DNA from: Octopus vulgaris
Lineage: Eukaryota
Length of the DNA stretch: 64,000 bases
Direction of reading: 5' to 3'
NCBI GenBank assembly: GCA_951406725.2
Contig: OX597820.1
Location: 25,978,001-26,042,000 of the forward strand
Position numbers and translations under genes: made by a program. The first letter of the stretch is position 1; each line of letters opens with the position of its first letter. Below the pieces are notes generated by a model. It was not told the origin of the DNA. It searched no databases and worked only from the letters and a program-made list of their open reading frames with translations. Of the stretch, positions 13,060 to 24,100 are shown piece by piece.

Positions 13060-13356
13060 ATGTTGTAAGCCCAGTACTTATTCTATCGGTCACTTTTGCC
13101 GAACCGCTAAGTAACGGGGACGTAAACACACCAGCATCGGTTGTCAAGCAATGCTAGGGGACAAACACGCATATATATATATATGTACATATATACGACG
13201 GGCTTCTTTCAGTTTCCGTCTACCAAATCCACTCACAAGGCTTTGGTCGGCCCGAGGCTATAGTAGAAGACACTTGCCCAAGGTGCCACGCAGTGGGACT
13301 GAACCCGGAACCATGTGGTTGGTAGACAAGCTACTTACCACAGCCACTCCTGCGCA
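13060..13356 (-). mobile_element. SINE family 1
   Basis: Near-consensus copy, reverse complement of 15506-15830. Confidence 0.85.
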
Positions 13357-13459
13357 TATATACTTGTTAATAATAACAAAATATAAATATATATTCATAT
13401 TGTAAGTTCTGTTTTTCTGTTTGCATCACCAAACTCATACATACATAACATATAGCTGT

Positions 13460-13850
13460 AGAAGCATGTGCCGACCTCTAATTGTGGAAGTAACCTGAGG
13501 AAGAAGTAGTCCCAGGAAGATATGGGATGAGGTAATGAAATGTGATCTTTAGATGTTGAGACTCGTGCAGGTTATGACAAGTAACTGGCGAATTGTTGTG
13601 CTTAAGACACGTCAAGATAAGTGAAATTGTGGTTGTAGCTAATGCTGGTGATGTGTGACTGGCACCTGTGCCACTGACACATAAAAGGCATCCAATATAC
13701 TCTGTGGTTCAGCTGGGGTTAGAAAGGGCATCCAGCCATGGAAACCAAGCTAAAACAGACTGGAGCCTGGTGCAGCTCTCTGGGTTACCATCTCCAGTCA
13801 AATTGTCTAACCCAAGCCAGCATGGAAAGTAGATGTTAAATGATGGTGAT
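13460..13850 (+). mobile_element. RTE 3' end (ORF C-terminus and UTR)
   Basis: cccaggaagatatgggatgaggtaatgaaatgtgat reads PRKIWDEVMKCD. It is followed by gaaagggcatccagcc...gcatggaaagtagatgttaaatgatggtgat. Confidence 0.75.
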
Positions 13851-13863
13851 CATTTTATATATA

Positions 13864-14340
13864 TCATCATCATCATCATCATCATCGTTTAATGTCCACT
13901 TTCCATGCTAGCATGGGTTGGACGGTTTGACTGAGGTCTGGCGAACCAGATGGCTGCACCAGACTCCAATCTGATCTGGCAGAGTTTCTACAGCCCTTCT
14001 TAATGCCAACCACTCCGAGAGTGTAGTGGGTGCTTCTACGTGCCACCAGCACGAGGGCCAGTCATGAGGTACTGGCAACGGCCACGCTCAAATGGTGCTT
14101 TTTATGTGCCACCTGCACAGGAGCCAGTCCAGCGGCACTGGCAACGACCTCGTTCGAATGTTTTTTCACGTGCCACCAGCACAGGTGCTAGTAAGGCAAT
14201 GCAGGTAACGATCATGCTCGAATGGTGTTTTTAACGTGCCATCAGCACGGAGGCCGGCTTGTTGCTCTGGCAACGATCATACTCATATGGTACTCTTAAT
14301 GCTCCACTAGCACGGATGCCAGTCATCGAATTTGATTTCG
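13864..14340 (-). mobile_element. RTE 3'UTR with ~64-nt tandem hairpin units
   Basis: (CAT)n tail followed by about 5 diverged units such as gtgccaccagcacgagggccagtcatgaggtactggcaacggccacgctcaaatgg. Confidence 0.85.
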
Positions 14341-14467
14341 ATTATTTTACTTGTTTCAGTCATTTGTCTGTGGCCATGCTGGAACACCACCTTAAAGGGT
14401 GTTAGTTGAAGAAATCAATCCCTGGACTTATTCTTTGTAAGCCTAGTACTTATTCTATCGGTGTCTT

Positions 14468-14581
<114 letters not shown>

Positions 14582-14774
14582 GTTAGATAGATAGATAGAT
14601 AGATACATACATACATACATATTGTCTTCAAATATTGTTTGTATACAAGAGCGATACCACCAACCCGACCTTGGAGCTTTAATATTTAAGTACCTGATTC
14701 GTTTGAATCCTGAAAATTTTTTACATAGATACACACACACACACGCATACATATATATGTATGTACCGTAGAAG

Positions 14775-15497
14775 TTGGCGTGGGTATGTGGTAGGAAGCC
14801 TGCTTCTCAACTATATGGCTCCGGGTTCAATCCCACTGCGTGGCATCTTGAACAAGCATCTTCTACTATAGCCTCGGGCCGACCAAAGCTTTGTGATTGG
14901 ATTTGGTAGACGGAAACTGAAATAAGCCCGGCGTATATATATTATATGTATATATTTATGAGTACAATGGCCCAGTGGTTAGTGCAGCGGACTCGCGGTC
15001 GTAGGAGCGCGGTTTCGATTCCCAGACCATGCGTTGTGAGTATTTATTGAGCGAAAGCATCTAAAGATCCACGAGGCTCCGGCAGGGAATGGTGGCGAAC
15101 CATGCTGTACTTTTTCACCACAACTTTCTCTCACTCTTTCTCCCTGTTTCTGTAGCACCTGTATTTCAAGGGGCCAGCCTTGTCACCCTGTGTCATGCTG
15201 AATCTCCCCGAGAACAATGTTAAGGGTATACGTGTCTGTGGAGTGCTCAGCCACTTGCACGTTAATTTCACAAGCAGGCTGTTCCGTTGATCGGATCAAC
15301 TGGAACCCACGTCGTCGTAACCGACGGAGTGCCAACATATTTATGAGTGTCTTTGTGTCTGTGTTTGGTATGTTTACGCCCCCTTACGTAACTTACAAAG
15401 AATAAGTCCTGGGGTTGATTGCTTCGACTAAATACTGTTTAAAGCAGTGCTCCTGCATGGCCGCGGTCAAAATAACTGAAACAAGTAAAAAATAAAA
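14775..15497 (+). mobile_element. SINE family 1 interrupted by SINE family 3
   Basis: Head at about 14775-14935 and 3' part at about 15349-15497. Confidence 0.7.
14964..15336 (+). mobile_element. tRNA-derived SINE family 3, tail type A
   Basis: A box tggcccagtgg and B box gtttcgattcc. A 12-bp TSD atatttatgagt lies at 14952-14963 and 15337-15348. Confidence 0.9.
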
Positions 15498-15505
15498 TTA
15501 TATAT

Positions 15506-15925
15506 AGGCGCAGGAGTGGCTGTGTGGTAAGTAGCTTGCTAACCAACCACATGGTTCCGGGTTCAGTCCCACTGCGTGGCATCTTGGGCAAGTGTCTTCT
15601 GCTATAGCCCCGGGCCGACCAATGCCTTGTGAGTGGATTCGGTAGACGGAAACTGAAAGAAGCCCGTCGTATATATGTATATGTATATATATGTGTGTGT
15701 TTGTGTGTCTGTATTTGTCCCCCTAGCATTGCTTGACAACCGATGCTGGTGTGTTTATGTCCCCGTTACTTAGCGGTTCAGCAAAAGAGACCGATAGAAT
15801 AAGTACTGGGCTTACGAAAAGATTAAAGTCCTGGGGGTCGATTTGCTCGATTAAAGGTGGTGCTCCAGCATGGCCGCAGTCAAATGACTGAAACAAGTAA
15901 AAGATAAAAAGATAAAAAAAAGAAT
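15506..15925 (+). mobile_element. Full-length SINE family 1
   Basis: aggcgcaggagtggctgtgtggtaag head, B box ggttcagtcc, cttgggcaagt CORE-like motif, internal microsatellite and (aaaagat)n tail. Confidence 0.9.
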
Positions 15926-16339
15926 ATATATAAATATATGCGTGCGTGTTATATGTGTTATATATTTCTATCTATTATATTTTTCTTTTATATCTTTCAA
16001 TCTATTATTCTCACGTGTTATTTCGCCAACAAGGAATAAACAGTGACAAGGAATAAAGCACCGATTCAAACAATAAATAAATAAATGAATAAATAAATAC
16101 ATAACAATACTCAGCTTGTGTCTAGACAGAGACAGGGAGAGGGAGAAAGAGTAAGAGAAAGAAAGTAAGAAGAGAGAAAGGGAGAAATAAGGAAATCAAA
16201 GTGGAAAATACACAGACAACATAAACTAACTGACAAGTTCCTGTAATTCAAATATAAAATGATATATAATTGACAATGATAGTAACGAAGCGGTTTTAAC
16301 GAAACATGGTCGACAGATGATCGTCTCGTACTAAAAACC

Positions 16340-16393
16340 ATGGATGTACAAGTTTTGAATTTTCAATCGACCCCTTCGACTACTAAATATTTT
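16340..16393 (+). CDS. Candidate short first coding exon (MDVQVLNFQSTPSTTKYF)
   Basis: aaaaaccATGG context and 18 codons, then GTAAGT at 16394. Lies in non-repetitive CpG-containing sequence after a GA-rich tract. No homology support. Confidence 0.25.
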
Positions 16394-16614
16394 GTAAGTT
16401 GCCTTCTTTTTTTTTCTCCTTCCTCTAACCTGTTATTCTCTCATTGTGGTACTTCAAAAGTTTTTACGTATTTAAAATTAACTTGGGAAGCATATTGTAA
16501 GGAAAAAAGAAGAGAAAAAGTCGGTCATTTTCCACTGTATGATATTTATTGCTTATATTATTGTTTTTAATTGATGAAAGTAATGACACCAAAACAACAC
16601 AATGAATAACTTGT

Positions 16615-17040
16615 ACGTGATTGCCCAACATGCTAGAGATAGCAGCCATATATCCTTCAGGTCATACTAGTGTCTTAAAAACAGGAAAGTCACATTAGAC
16701 AATGAAGTCATAATCCGTATACACAAAAAGAAAAAAAAGATAAGATGGTCATGGCTGGAATGTCTTTGATTACTTGTCTACTCGATCAGGGCTGGTATAG
16801 GGCTAAACAGCAATAGTAAATCCAAACCCCGACTAGCGAGGAGTCTGTGATGACCTGCTAAAATTAAGTCACATCTTTAAAGGATACCGTACCGTTTCGA
16901 GAAGGGTGGTCTTACTTTGTATTATACACCCCTCGCTATGCGATACCCCTAAACAGGACGGGATGGCCATGGTTAGAATCTATGCCTTGATCTATAGGTC
17001 TGTATGATCAGGGTTGATCTGTTGCTAAACGACAAATCAC
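16615..17040 (+). repeat. Old abundant SINE-like family 5 with (AAC)n tail, two tandem copies
   Basis: Motifs gctagagatagcagcc...gatggtcatggctggaatgtctttgat...gatcagggctg...gggctaaac. Many further decayed copies on both strands, e.g. about 3530, 28500, 32450, 38540, 46920, 48690, 55200 and 60390. Confidence 0.7.
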
Positions 17041-17235
17041 AACCATACAAATTACAATAAATTCATAATGTCTGACACATGCAGATACACGAACTTGGGT
17101 TTACGTAATCATTATAGAAGAAAGAACTCAGCGATCTCTTTCGATTCTGACAGCATTTCGTTTCACTTAGCGTCGTGAATGTCTGGTATTCGTCGTATTA
17201 AATATCCCGCAATTTGTGCCTACGAACCCCAAGGG

Positions 17236-17495
17236 TAGTGGTTCTTAAGCATTTTTTGCCTATGGACCCCTTTGATTCTTAGTTTACGTTACTAGGCCTC
17301 CGTAGCTATTCGATGTTTTAAAAAAAGCTCCCTAATATTTTTTATGATCAAATATTATTAGGAATTATAGTTTAAAAAATTGTTAAAATATTTTGTGTAT
17401 TGTAGAAGTTTAACCAATTTGGGGCACATAAACTTTAACAACAAAATCTTATATGGACTCCCAAAGGTTACATGGACCCCGGTTGAGTACCACTG
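17236..17495. mobile_element. hAT-Charlie-like MITE
   Basis: Termini tagtggttcttaa...ggttgagtaccactg. Internal sequence is the reverse orientation of 27518-27801. Confidence 0.7.
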
Positions 17496-18163
17496 CCCTC
17501 GACTGATAGGAAAATAACAGTCAAGTCTCTCTCAATTTACATTCGACTGCTTTAGGAAAGGAATGACACCATACATGATAAGATACTACATAAATAATGT
17601 CTCAATAAAGATGGGATGGCCACGACAATATTGTCTTTAAGCTGTTGATAATGGGTGAAAAGTAGGGTTAAACAGGTAGGGGTAACATTTATAACGTTGT
17701 CATGTTACACCTATGTAATATATTTAAAAAAAAACTTTTACAACGTACTTCCTTTTCTCTTTATCCCCTTATTAAAAGTAAACAAGAAAACTTTTGTTTT
17801 AGGTTGAATTATGGCTTTGTTATTATATGGATATTTTAATAGAGAATTTTATTCAAAATTCATTTAATTGAAGTTAAATGACAACAGGCCGGGAGACAAT
17901 TAGTTATCTTCCTTTATTCAGTTCCTCTGTCTTATCTCCCTTCGATGAACACTTTTTTTGTTTGTTTGTTGGTTATTTCTTCAAACGTAGAAGCGGATTG
18001 CTGTAGGTCAGAGCGAAGAATAAAAAAAATGGAATTCGTCGCATAATTCTCATCCGTACTCATTATTTCTCTCTCTCTCTCTCATTACATCATATTATAT
18101 ATATATCGTCAGTCGTTCACATATTCGAAAAAGACGCACACTGTAAAACATTAGAGCGGTAAT

Positions 18164-18353
18164 ATATTTGAAAGGTTGTTTATGGCTGGTCAGCGAGTGA
18201 CCATTGGTCTCGTACCTACAAAGCGCTTAGTGTCACAGAAGTTACGTTCCTCCGGTTATTTGAGCCTGACGAGTCGCCTATACGGCTAAGCGCTTTGTAG
18301 GTGCGCGACCAATGATCACTCTGACCGGTCATAACAAACAACCTTCTAAATAT
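18164..18353. repeat. ~67-bp-arm inverted repeat (MITE or hairpin RNA)
   Basis: 18164-18230 pairs with 18286-18353, e.g. acctacaaagcgcttag / ctaagcgctttgtaggt. Confidence 0.85.
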
Positions 18354-19066
18354 GAGTGTGTGTGTAGGTTATCATTTGCATTCATGGTTGCATGGCTTGC
18401 ACGCGTTGTTAGAGTTGAAGTCAGTTCTTCTTCGGAGTTACTAAACTAGGTGTGATCATGGCTCGCTCGTATTGCTTTCTTTTGGTATGATTTCTCCGAC
18501 CAGTTACCCTTCCTTACGCAAACCACTTTACAGAGTGTCTAGGGTGCATTTTATCGTGGCACCAGCACTAGTGAAGTTGCCTTGTACTCAGCAAGACGAA
18601 GAGTTGGTTTCTCACTGCTCTACGTTGTATCCGTCCAGTGTTTCTTATAAGAGTGAGTTGAAGAGAGAGCGGTTGTAGAAGACGAACTAGCGGGAAAGAG
18701 TGACAGGAACGGAAGTATGGCGAGGGAAAACGATGGTTTGAGTGATGGTAGGAATGAAAGAGACAGTGTTAGTGGAGTAGAGAAGAGAAAGGATCAAGGT
18801 AGGCGGTAATAAAAATAAGGGACATTTATGCTGGTCACTCATTTACAGGTAAAAAGAAAGCGCGAATGATGGAGAATCTTAGAAATAGCCAGTGGTATGA
18901 GAGGTGAAGGGTGCTAATCAGAGACATGGCCAGGTTCTAAAGATAGTGGGAGCGAGCACATCTCAATAATACTAAAACTCTAGGGGTATTTGTGTGTACC
19001 CGAAATATCTCAGAAATAGTATAATTTATCTTAATTTTTATTTTGCATGTTTATTTTTATACTTAC

Positions 19067-19110
19067 TTTCGGCAGTGCAGTACAAATTTTTGTGACATTT
19101 GGACCTCCAT
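19067..19110 (-). CDS. Candidate first coding exon of a leftward gene (MEVQMSQKFVLHCR, phase 2)
   Basis: Minus-strand ATG at 19110 and 44 nt to a GTAAGTAT donor (acttac at 19061-19066). CpG-rich promoter-like sequence lies upstream and CpG-depleted sequence downstream. Confidence 0.4.
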
Positions 19111-19139
19111 TTAAATGATTAAACAGAATTTTTGTTTGT

Positions 19140-19310
19140 TATTTCCTGACGAAAAAAGAAAAAACATAGCTTCCGTGACGTCAGCACATACATAATGAAT
19201 GTCATGTTGTGTCTATTTACAGAAACACACGTCCGTTGTAAAGTATATACACACGTAGTTTTCGCGCTCCCTAAGAAAAAAAAAGTCGACTTTTTGACGT
19301 ACACAATATT
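19140..19310 (-). promoter_or_regulatory. Candidate promoter with palindromic CRE site
   Basis: TGACGTCA at 19176-19183, directly next to an ETS-like cttccg. Non-repetitive and CpG-rich. Confidence 0.35.
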
Positions 19311-20689
19311 TTAATCATTGAGAAATAGTTTTAACTGAATGTGATTTCATCATCCGGAGTTTGTTAATTTTCGTAAAATATTTTTATTTATTCACTTTGT
19401 TTTAAAGTGAATGATGTATGGACGTGTGTGTGTGAGAGAGAGGGAGGGAGAAAGAGAGAGAGAGTGTGTGTGAGCGAAGGGGTGTGTTGTCATGTATGCG
19501 TGCTCACATCAATACATTTGCGTACATCTTTGTTATGTACGTGTGCATGTGTGTGTGAGAGAGAGAGAGAGAGTGAGTGAACGTGTGTTCTCATGTTTGT
19601 GTAAGTGGTACTCTCTCTCTCTCCCTCTCTCTTTCTCTCTCACACACACACACACACAAACACACACGTCCATTTCATATACACGTTCATACATCTTTCA
19701 CTTTCTCCTCTCTTTCACTTTAAAACATAAGTAACAGGTGATTTTTCAGTATGAAAGTTGTTAAAAAAAAAAAGCTTCTACTCATACAAATTGAATACTA
19801 CTGTTTGGATAGTTCCAATAAAATAAGTCCAGAATTTAGGTTAAATACATTTACATGCATAAGTACCATGAATTCCCATTCTACAAACTGGCAAACAATT
19901 CCGTGAGTACTTTACCGGGCAACGCTGCGCAATAAGTCAAATAACAGAAAAAAAAAAAAAAAAGAAAAGGCTCCGTGACACCAAACAATTTTTAATTCAT
20001 TTCTCTTATATTATGTTATTTCATTAGTTATAAAATACGTAATTGTATTCTACATCTATTAATTTCATGTTTCAGTAATAATATCGTTATGTATGAAACT
20101 TACAACTACTGAAACAGGTAGCTAAAGTGTTTTTTCAAATTGTTGAAAAAGCGCCAATTTCGTGGGGAGCGGTTGCTCTCCTTGCTCCCTTATTCTCTAC
20201 ATCACTGGTGCTAATGTGTGACCTGAGTGTGGGGGAGAAAGTGGAAATGGATGGTAACGCAAGCTGGTGAGGGAGAGCATAGATGATGTGTACTCGGGAT
20301 AGAACGAGTGGTGGATATCAGTAAAAGAGTAACATGGAATAGATGGAAAGACGGCAGACCGTACAGATGAGTAAATGAGGAGGTACATCGGATACCAATA
20401 TACCGATGCTACTCGTTACTCAGGCATCGTGATGGGAGGGAAACATTAGTGGCGGCTACATGTTTTGCTGGTAAGAGGTGAGGGACAAGTGATGGGTTGT
20501 TGTATTAATAATCGGTGGTAAGAGTGTGATGAATGTCATGATGCAGTGAGTAGAGAAGGGGTTCGATAGAGGAATTTGAAGGTTTCCCAAAAAATAGGCA
20601 AGAGGGCAGCAAATGGAGAAATAGTCGGAACAAAATGGGAGTAAAAGGCCCAGATTTAGATACAATACGTATCCCATCCCCAATACATT

Positions 20690-21150
20690 CTAACGTGCTT
20701 CACCAAGCTTTCACAGGCGGTTGGATCTTCTCCAGCACGACATATCATCAAACAACGGGTTATCTTCTTTGTGAGCTAGATCATCTTGTGATCAGTCTTC
20801 ATCACTTCGTACTAAGTCTTCCTGGACCTCTTTCTTCTTCATACTCTATCCACTGTGTGACCTGAGTTCGGGGGAGAAAGTGGAAATGGATGTATGCTCA
20901 CATTCCTTATACCGTTGCTATCTTTCTCACGCATCATATGCCCATACCTGCATAGTCTTCTCTCTTGCACACTATATCTTATTCTTTTTATGACCTGTTT
21001 TATTCTCAGCTTATTTATACTTTCCACGTTCTTGCACATTAACATTACATGTCTAGAAAAGTGTGCTTGTTTAATTTCTTTCTTGTTTTCGCAAATCTTC
21101 ATGCAAAGCCTACGAATCACTACCAAATAGCATCGAACTTCGTGCACAAA
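20690..21150 (-). mobile_element. Old RTE ORF C-terminal fragment
   Basis: ORF 20839-21147 contains IRYSVQERRLCRYGHMMR (RTE RLRWYGHVxR motif). Downstream reads RSRKT*YEVMKTD. Confidence 0.75.
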
Positions 21151-21215
21151 GCATAAAACAATTTAATGTTTGTTACTAGTATAAATTATACCTCCCTGAA
21201 TTTTTACCCTAAAGA

Positions 21216-21531
21216 TAATGATAAACGTCGCCCTTTTCAAGCCTAGCCAGGCTCATGGGCCCAGTTTCCCGGTTTCTGTGGCGTATGTGTTTCCCCCCAG
21301 CTGGACGGGATGCCAATCCATCGCAGCGTTACTCAAGAAACTGGAAGAGAGAGTGAGAGAAAGTTGTGGCGAAAGAGTACAACAGGGGTCGCCACCACCC
21401 CTGCCGGAGCTTCGTGGAGCTTTTAGGTGTTTTCGCTCAATAAACACACACAACGCCCGGTCTGGGAATCGAAACCGCGATCCTCCGACTGCGAGTCTGC
21501 TGCCCTAACCACTGGGCCATTGCGCCTCCAC
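21216..21531 (-). mobile_element. SINE family 3, tail type B
   Basis: Same tRNA head and body as 14964-15140 but tail ctgcgatggattggcatcccgtccag...cagaaaccggg. A 12-bp TSD ttaccctaaaga lies at 21204-21215 and 21532-21543. Confidence 0.9.
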
Positions 21532-21679
21532 TTACCCTAAAGAAGTTTGGACATATTCTGCGACGTGAGGATCAGAGGTATGATGTGTTCCTGATTGTTT
21601 AACAGTGTGCGAGAGAAAATAGTGACGTTGTTGGGGAGAAATGTATGTGCCATTGTGACAGCAAACTTCTTTAAATAGA

Positions 21680-22646
21680 CCTAACTGAGGTACCAGCCAT
21701 CGATGTTGATTGTAGCATGGTAGTTAGAACAATCAAAGATATAAAGACAGGGAAAGCAGCTAGTTTATTTGGGGATAATCGTTGAGATGATTAAAAGAGC
21801 CTAGTGATGTGGTATACAGATTTGTAATTCGAATAATCAATCAGGTATTGCAGGAAGGTGTCATACTCAATGACAAGCACAGCAACATCGTAATCCCCAA
21901 CAACAGTAAAGAAAATGTGCCGGTGATATCAAAATGTTGCACCAGGTTATTAAAGTTACCGGAAGAGTTATTACAAAATTGGTTAGGCGCAGGATGAAAA
22001 TTGTCCTTGTGTCAGGAATAGGCTTTACGGATACCATATTCCTAGTAACACAACAGAACGAGAAATAGTGAGTGTGGAGTAAGCTTCTATACTAAGTATT
22101 CGTTGACCTAGAGAAGACCTTTGAATCCCTCGATCTGTGATCTGATAGTCACTAAGGAACCTTAGGAATAGCTAGTGAGGGCTGTACAATCTATACAGAG
22201 AGGTACACTCAGTAAGGTGAGAGCCAACAATGAGTTCAGCGAATAGTGGTCCTCCGAGGCTACGTCCTCACCACTATCCTATTTACTACAATCCTCCAAG
22301 CCATAACAGAAGAGTTTGAGACAGGCTCTCCCTAGGATCTCCTCTCAGCTGATAACCTAGACCTTACAGCTGAATCTGCAGAAGAGGTGGAATGGAAATG
22401 CCAAACATGGGGAGCAGAACTTGGAATTGAAGGGCCTTTAACTTAGCAAAGATTAAAGTTTATAGTAAGTAGGAACGAGGGCAGGACCTGGCTACCATTA
22501 GTGAAACAGCTTACTCGATATGCAGAAAAGGAGTAGGCGTAAATTCCGTGCGATGTGCCCTGCGTAAATAACAGGCGTATAAAAGGTATTATGGAATAGC
22601 AAGCAAGCTAACGGAAGATAACTTCATATGCGACACGTGCACAAGA
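21680..22646 (+). pseudogene. Decayed RTE reverse transcriptase
   Basis: Contains VDLEKTF (about 22102) and DLLSADNLDLTAES (about 22336, the YADD motif), followed by a Cys-rich segment. Many stops and frameshifts. Confidence 0.8.
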
Positions 22647-22647
22647 A

Positions 22648-23100
22648 TTATTTATCCAGTTTCAGAATCTTCTGAAGCGATGTTCTGGCGATGCCTAGTT
22701 GAGCAGAGCGACGCCGGGTAGAGGCTGATGGATCCTCAAGGACACTGCCGTACAGCTTCCACCACTGCGTCAGTGCGCACACCGCGCTTAGGACCTCTTC
22801 CCGGAAGATCGCCGACTGATCCAGTTCTTTCAAACCGGGCGATTAGGTTCCGAATCATGCTATCGCTAGGAGATACTCTGACAGTAAAATGTTGCCGGTA
22901 TTTTCTCTGAGTTTGAATAACTGATCTTTGACTGGAATAGAAAAATTCAATGAGTTTTATTCGTTGCTGGACATCATACATAGCCATTTTAATCTCCAAG
23001 AGATGTTCTATAACATGCATTTAAAAAAAATGAAAATAAAAAAGATCGAAAACGAACAAGTTACGACTTCAAACCCTTCACTTTTTCAGTGGCTGTTCTG
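22648..23100 (-). mobile_element. Tc1/mariner-family 5' fragment (DUF4817-like HTH) with terminal repeat
   Basis: MAMYDVQQRIKLIEFFYSSQRSVIQTQRKYRQHF..PSDSMIRNLIARFERTGSVGDLPGRGPKR, then a frameshift to EDPSASTRRRSAQLGIARTSLQKIL. TIR-like gccactgaaaaagtgaagggtttgaa at 23068-23093 (-). Confidence 0.85.
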
Positions 23101-23103
23101 TGC

Positions 23104-23153
<50 letters not shown>

Positions 23154-23160
23154 ACATATA

Positions 23161-23235
23161 TACAGGGTGGCCACTGAAAAAGTGAAGGGTTTGAAAAAGT
23201 CATTACTCGTTGTTTTCAATATTTTCATTTATCTT
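23161..23235. mobile_element. Second terminal (TIR) fragment of the same Tc1/mariner family
   Basis: TA|cagggtggccactgaaaaagtgaagggtttgaa is the inverse of 23068-23093. Confidence 0.75.
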
Positions 23236-23749
23236 CTGTCTGGGAGTCAAACACTCACTCACTCACACACACACACACACACCTACACACGCATACGAGG
23301 GATAGAGAGATGCCAGACTATTGGATATTGTTATACATCACTGGTTAAAAAGCGCTCTTCCCCGTATTGTATATCTCGAATGATGCCAACCCACCGACCA
23401 GGCGCGAAGGTCAACATGCCTCCTGAACGGGAACTCCATTCCGTCGCGGTGTTACTTAATTTTACAACTGAGTGGACTGGAGCAACGTGAAATGGAGTGT
23501 TTTGCTCAAGAACACAATGCACTACCGAGTCAGGAAATCGAAACCACGATCGTGCGAGCAACATCCTAACCACTGTATATTCAGTTTGGGATATTTGGAT
23601 ATTACATACCTAATGTGAAAGATTCTCCATTATTTGTGCATTAAAAACAAAAATACATAGGGTTTCTATTATTAAGTTATTTTCCAATCGCATTGGTATG
23701 CTTCTTTTTCAGTATGTCCCGTGAGTCAAGAAGTTTGAAATTCCTTTAT

Positions 23750-24100
23750 TCCCAAACAGAACCCGCATATTTCGTCCCTGAAGGTTTATAATATTTTAAA
23801 AATATCTAATTATTTCCCAGTGTAAATATGGTATTCAGTAGATCATAAATTTAAAAAAAAAGAGGCTTCTGTATTTGCGTCTCTTAAAAACGCTGTCGTT
23901 CCATTTTATATTTGTTGGCGAGCGCAATAAAGTAGTGTTAAAGACCTCTGTGAGCGGAATTTTCGGTATAATTTCGATTTCCACTCAAAGCTATTCTGAT
24001 AGAAATATCTTTAGGAAAGGCGTGAAAGTCCCAAGTTCTTTTATTCTGGCTCTCTTACCAAATGTGTTTATATGTGAAGATTTTAAACAATTGTCGCACA
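23750..24100 (-). pseudogene. Possible ancient L1/Tx1 ORF2 remnant
   Basis: Minus frame VFNTTLLRSPTNIKWNDSVFKRRK loosely resembles the Tx1 PLxxNxNIK region. Weak. Confidence 0.25.

Noticed and set aside
14035-14330. CRISPR-like array of repeats with variable segments
   Set aside because: Eukaryotic context with no cas genes. The units are diverged tandem repeats within an RTE 3'UTR present in several copies.
14964-15035. tRNA gene
   Set aside because: The A/B boxes belong to a TSD-flanked SINE and the cloverleaf is incomplete. The same applies to 21460-21531 and 41316-41390.
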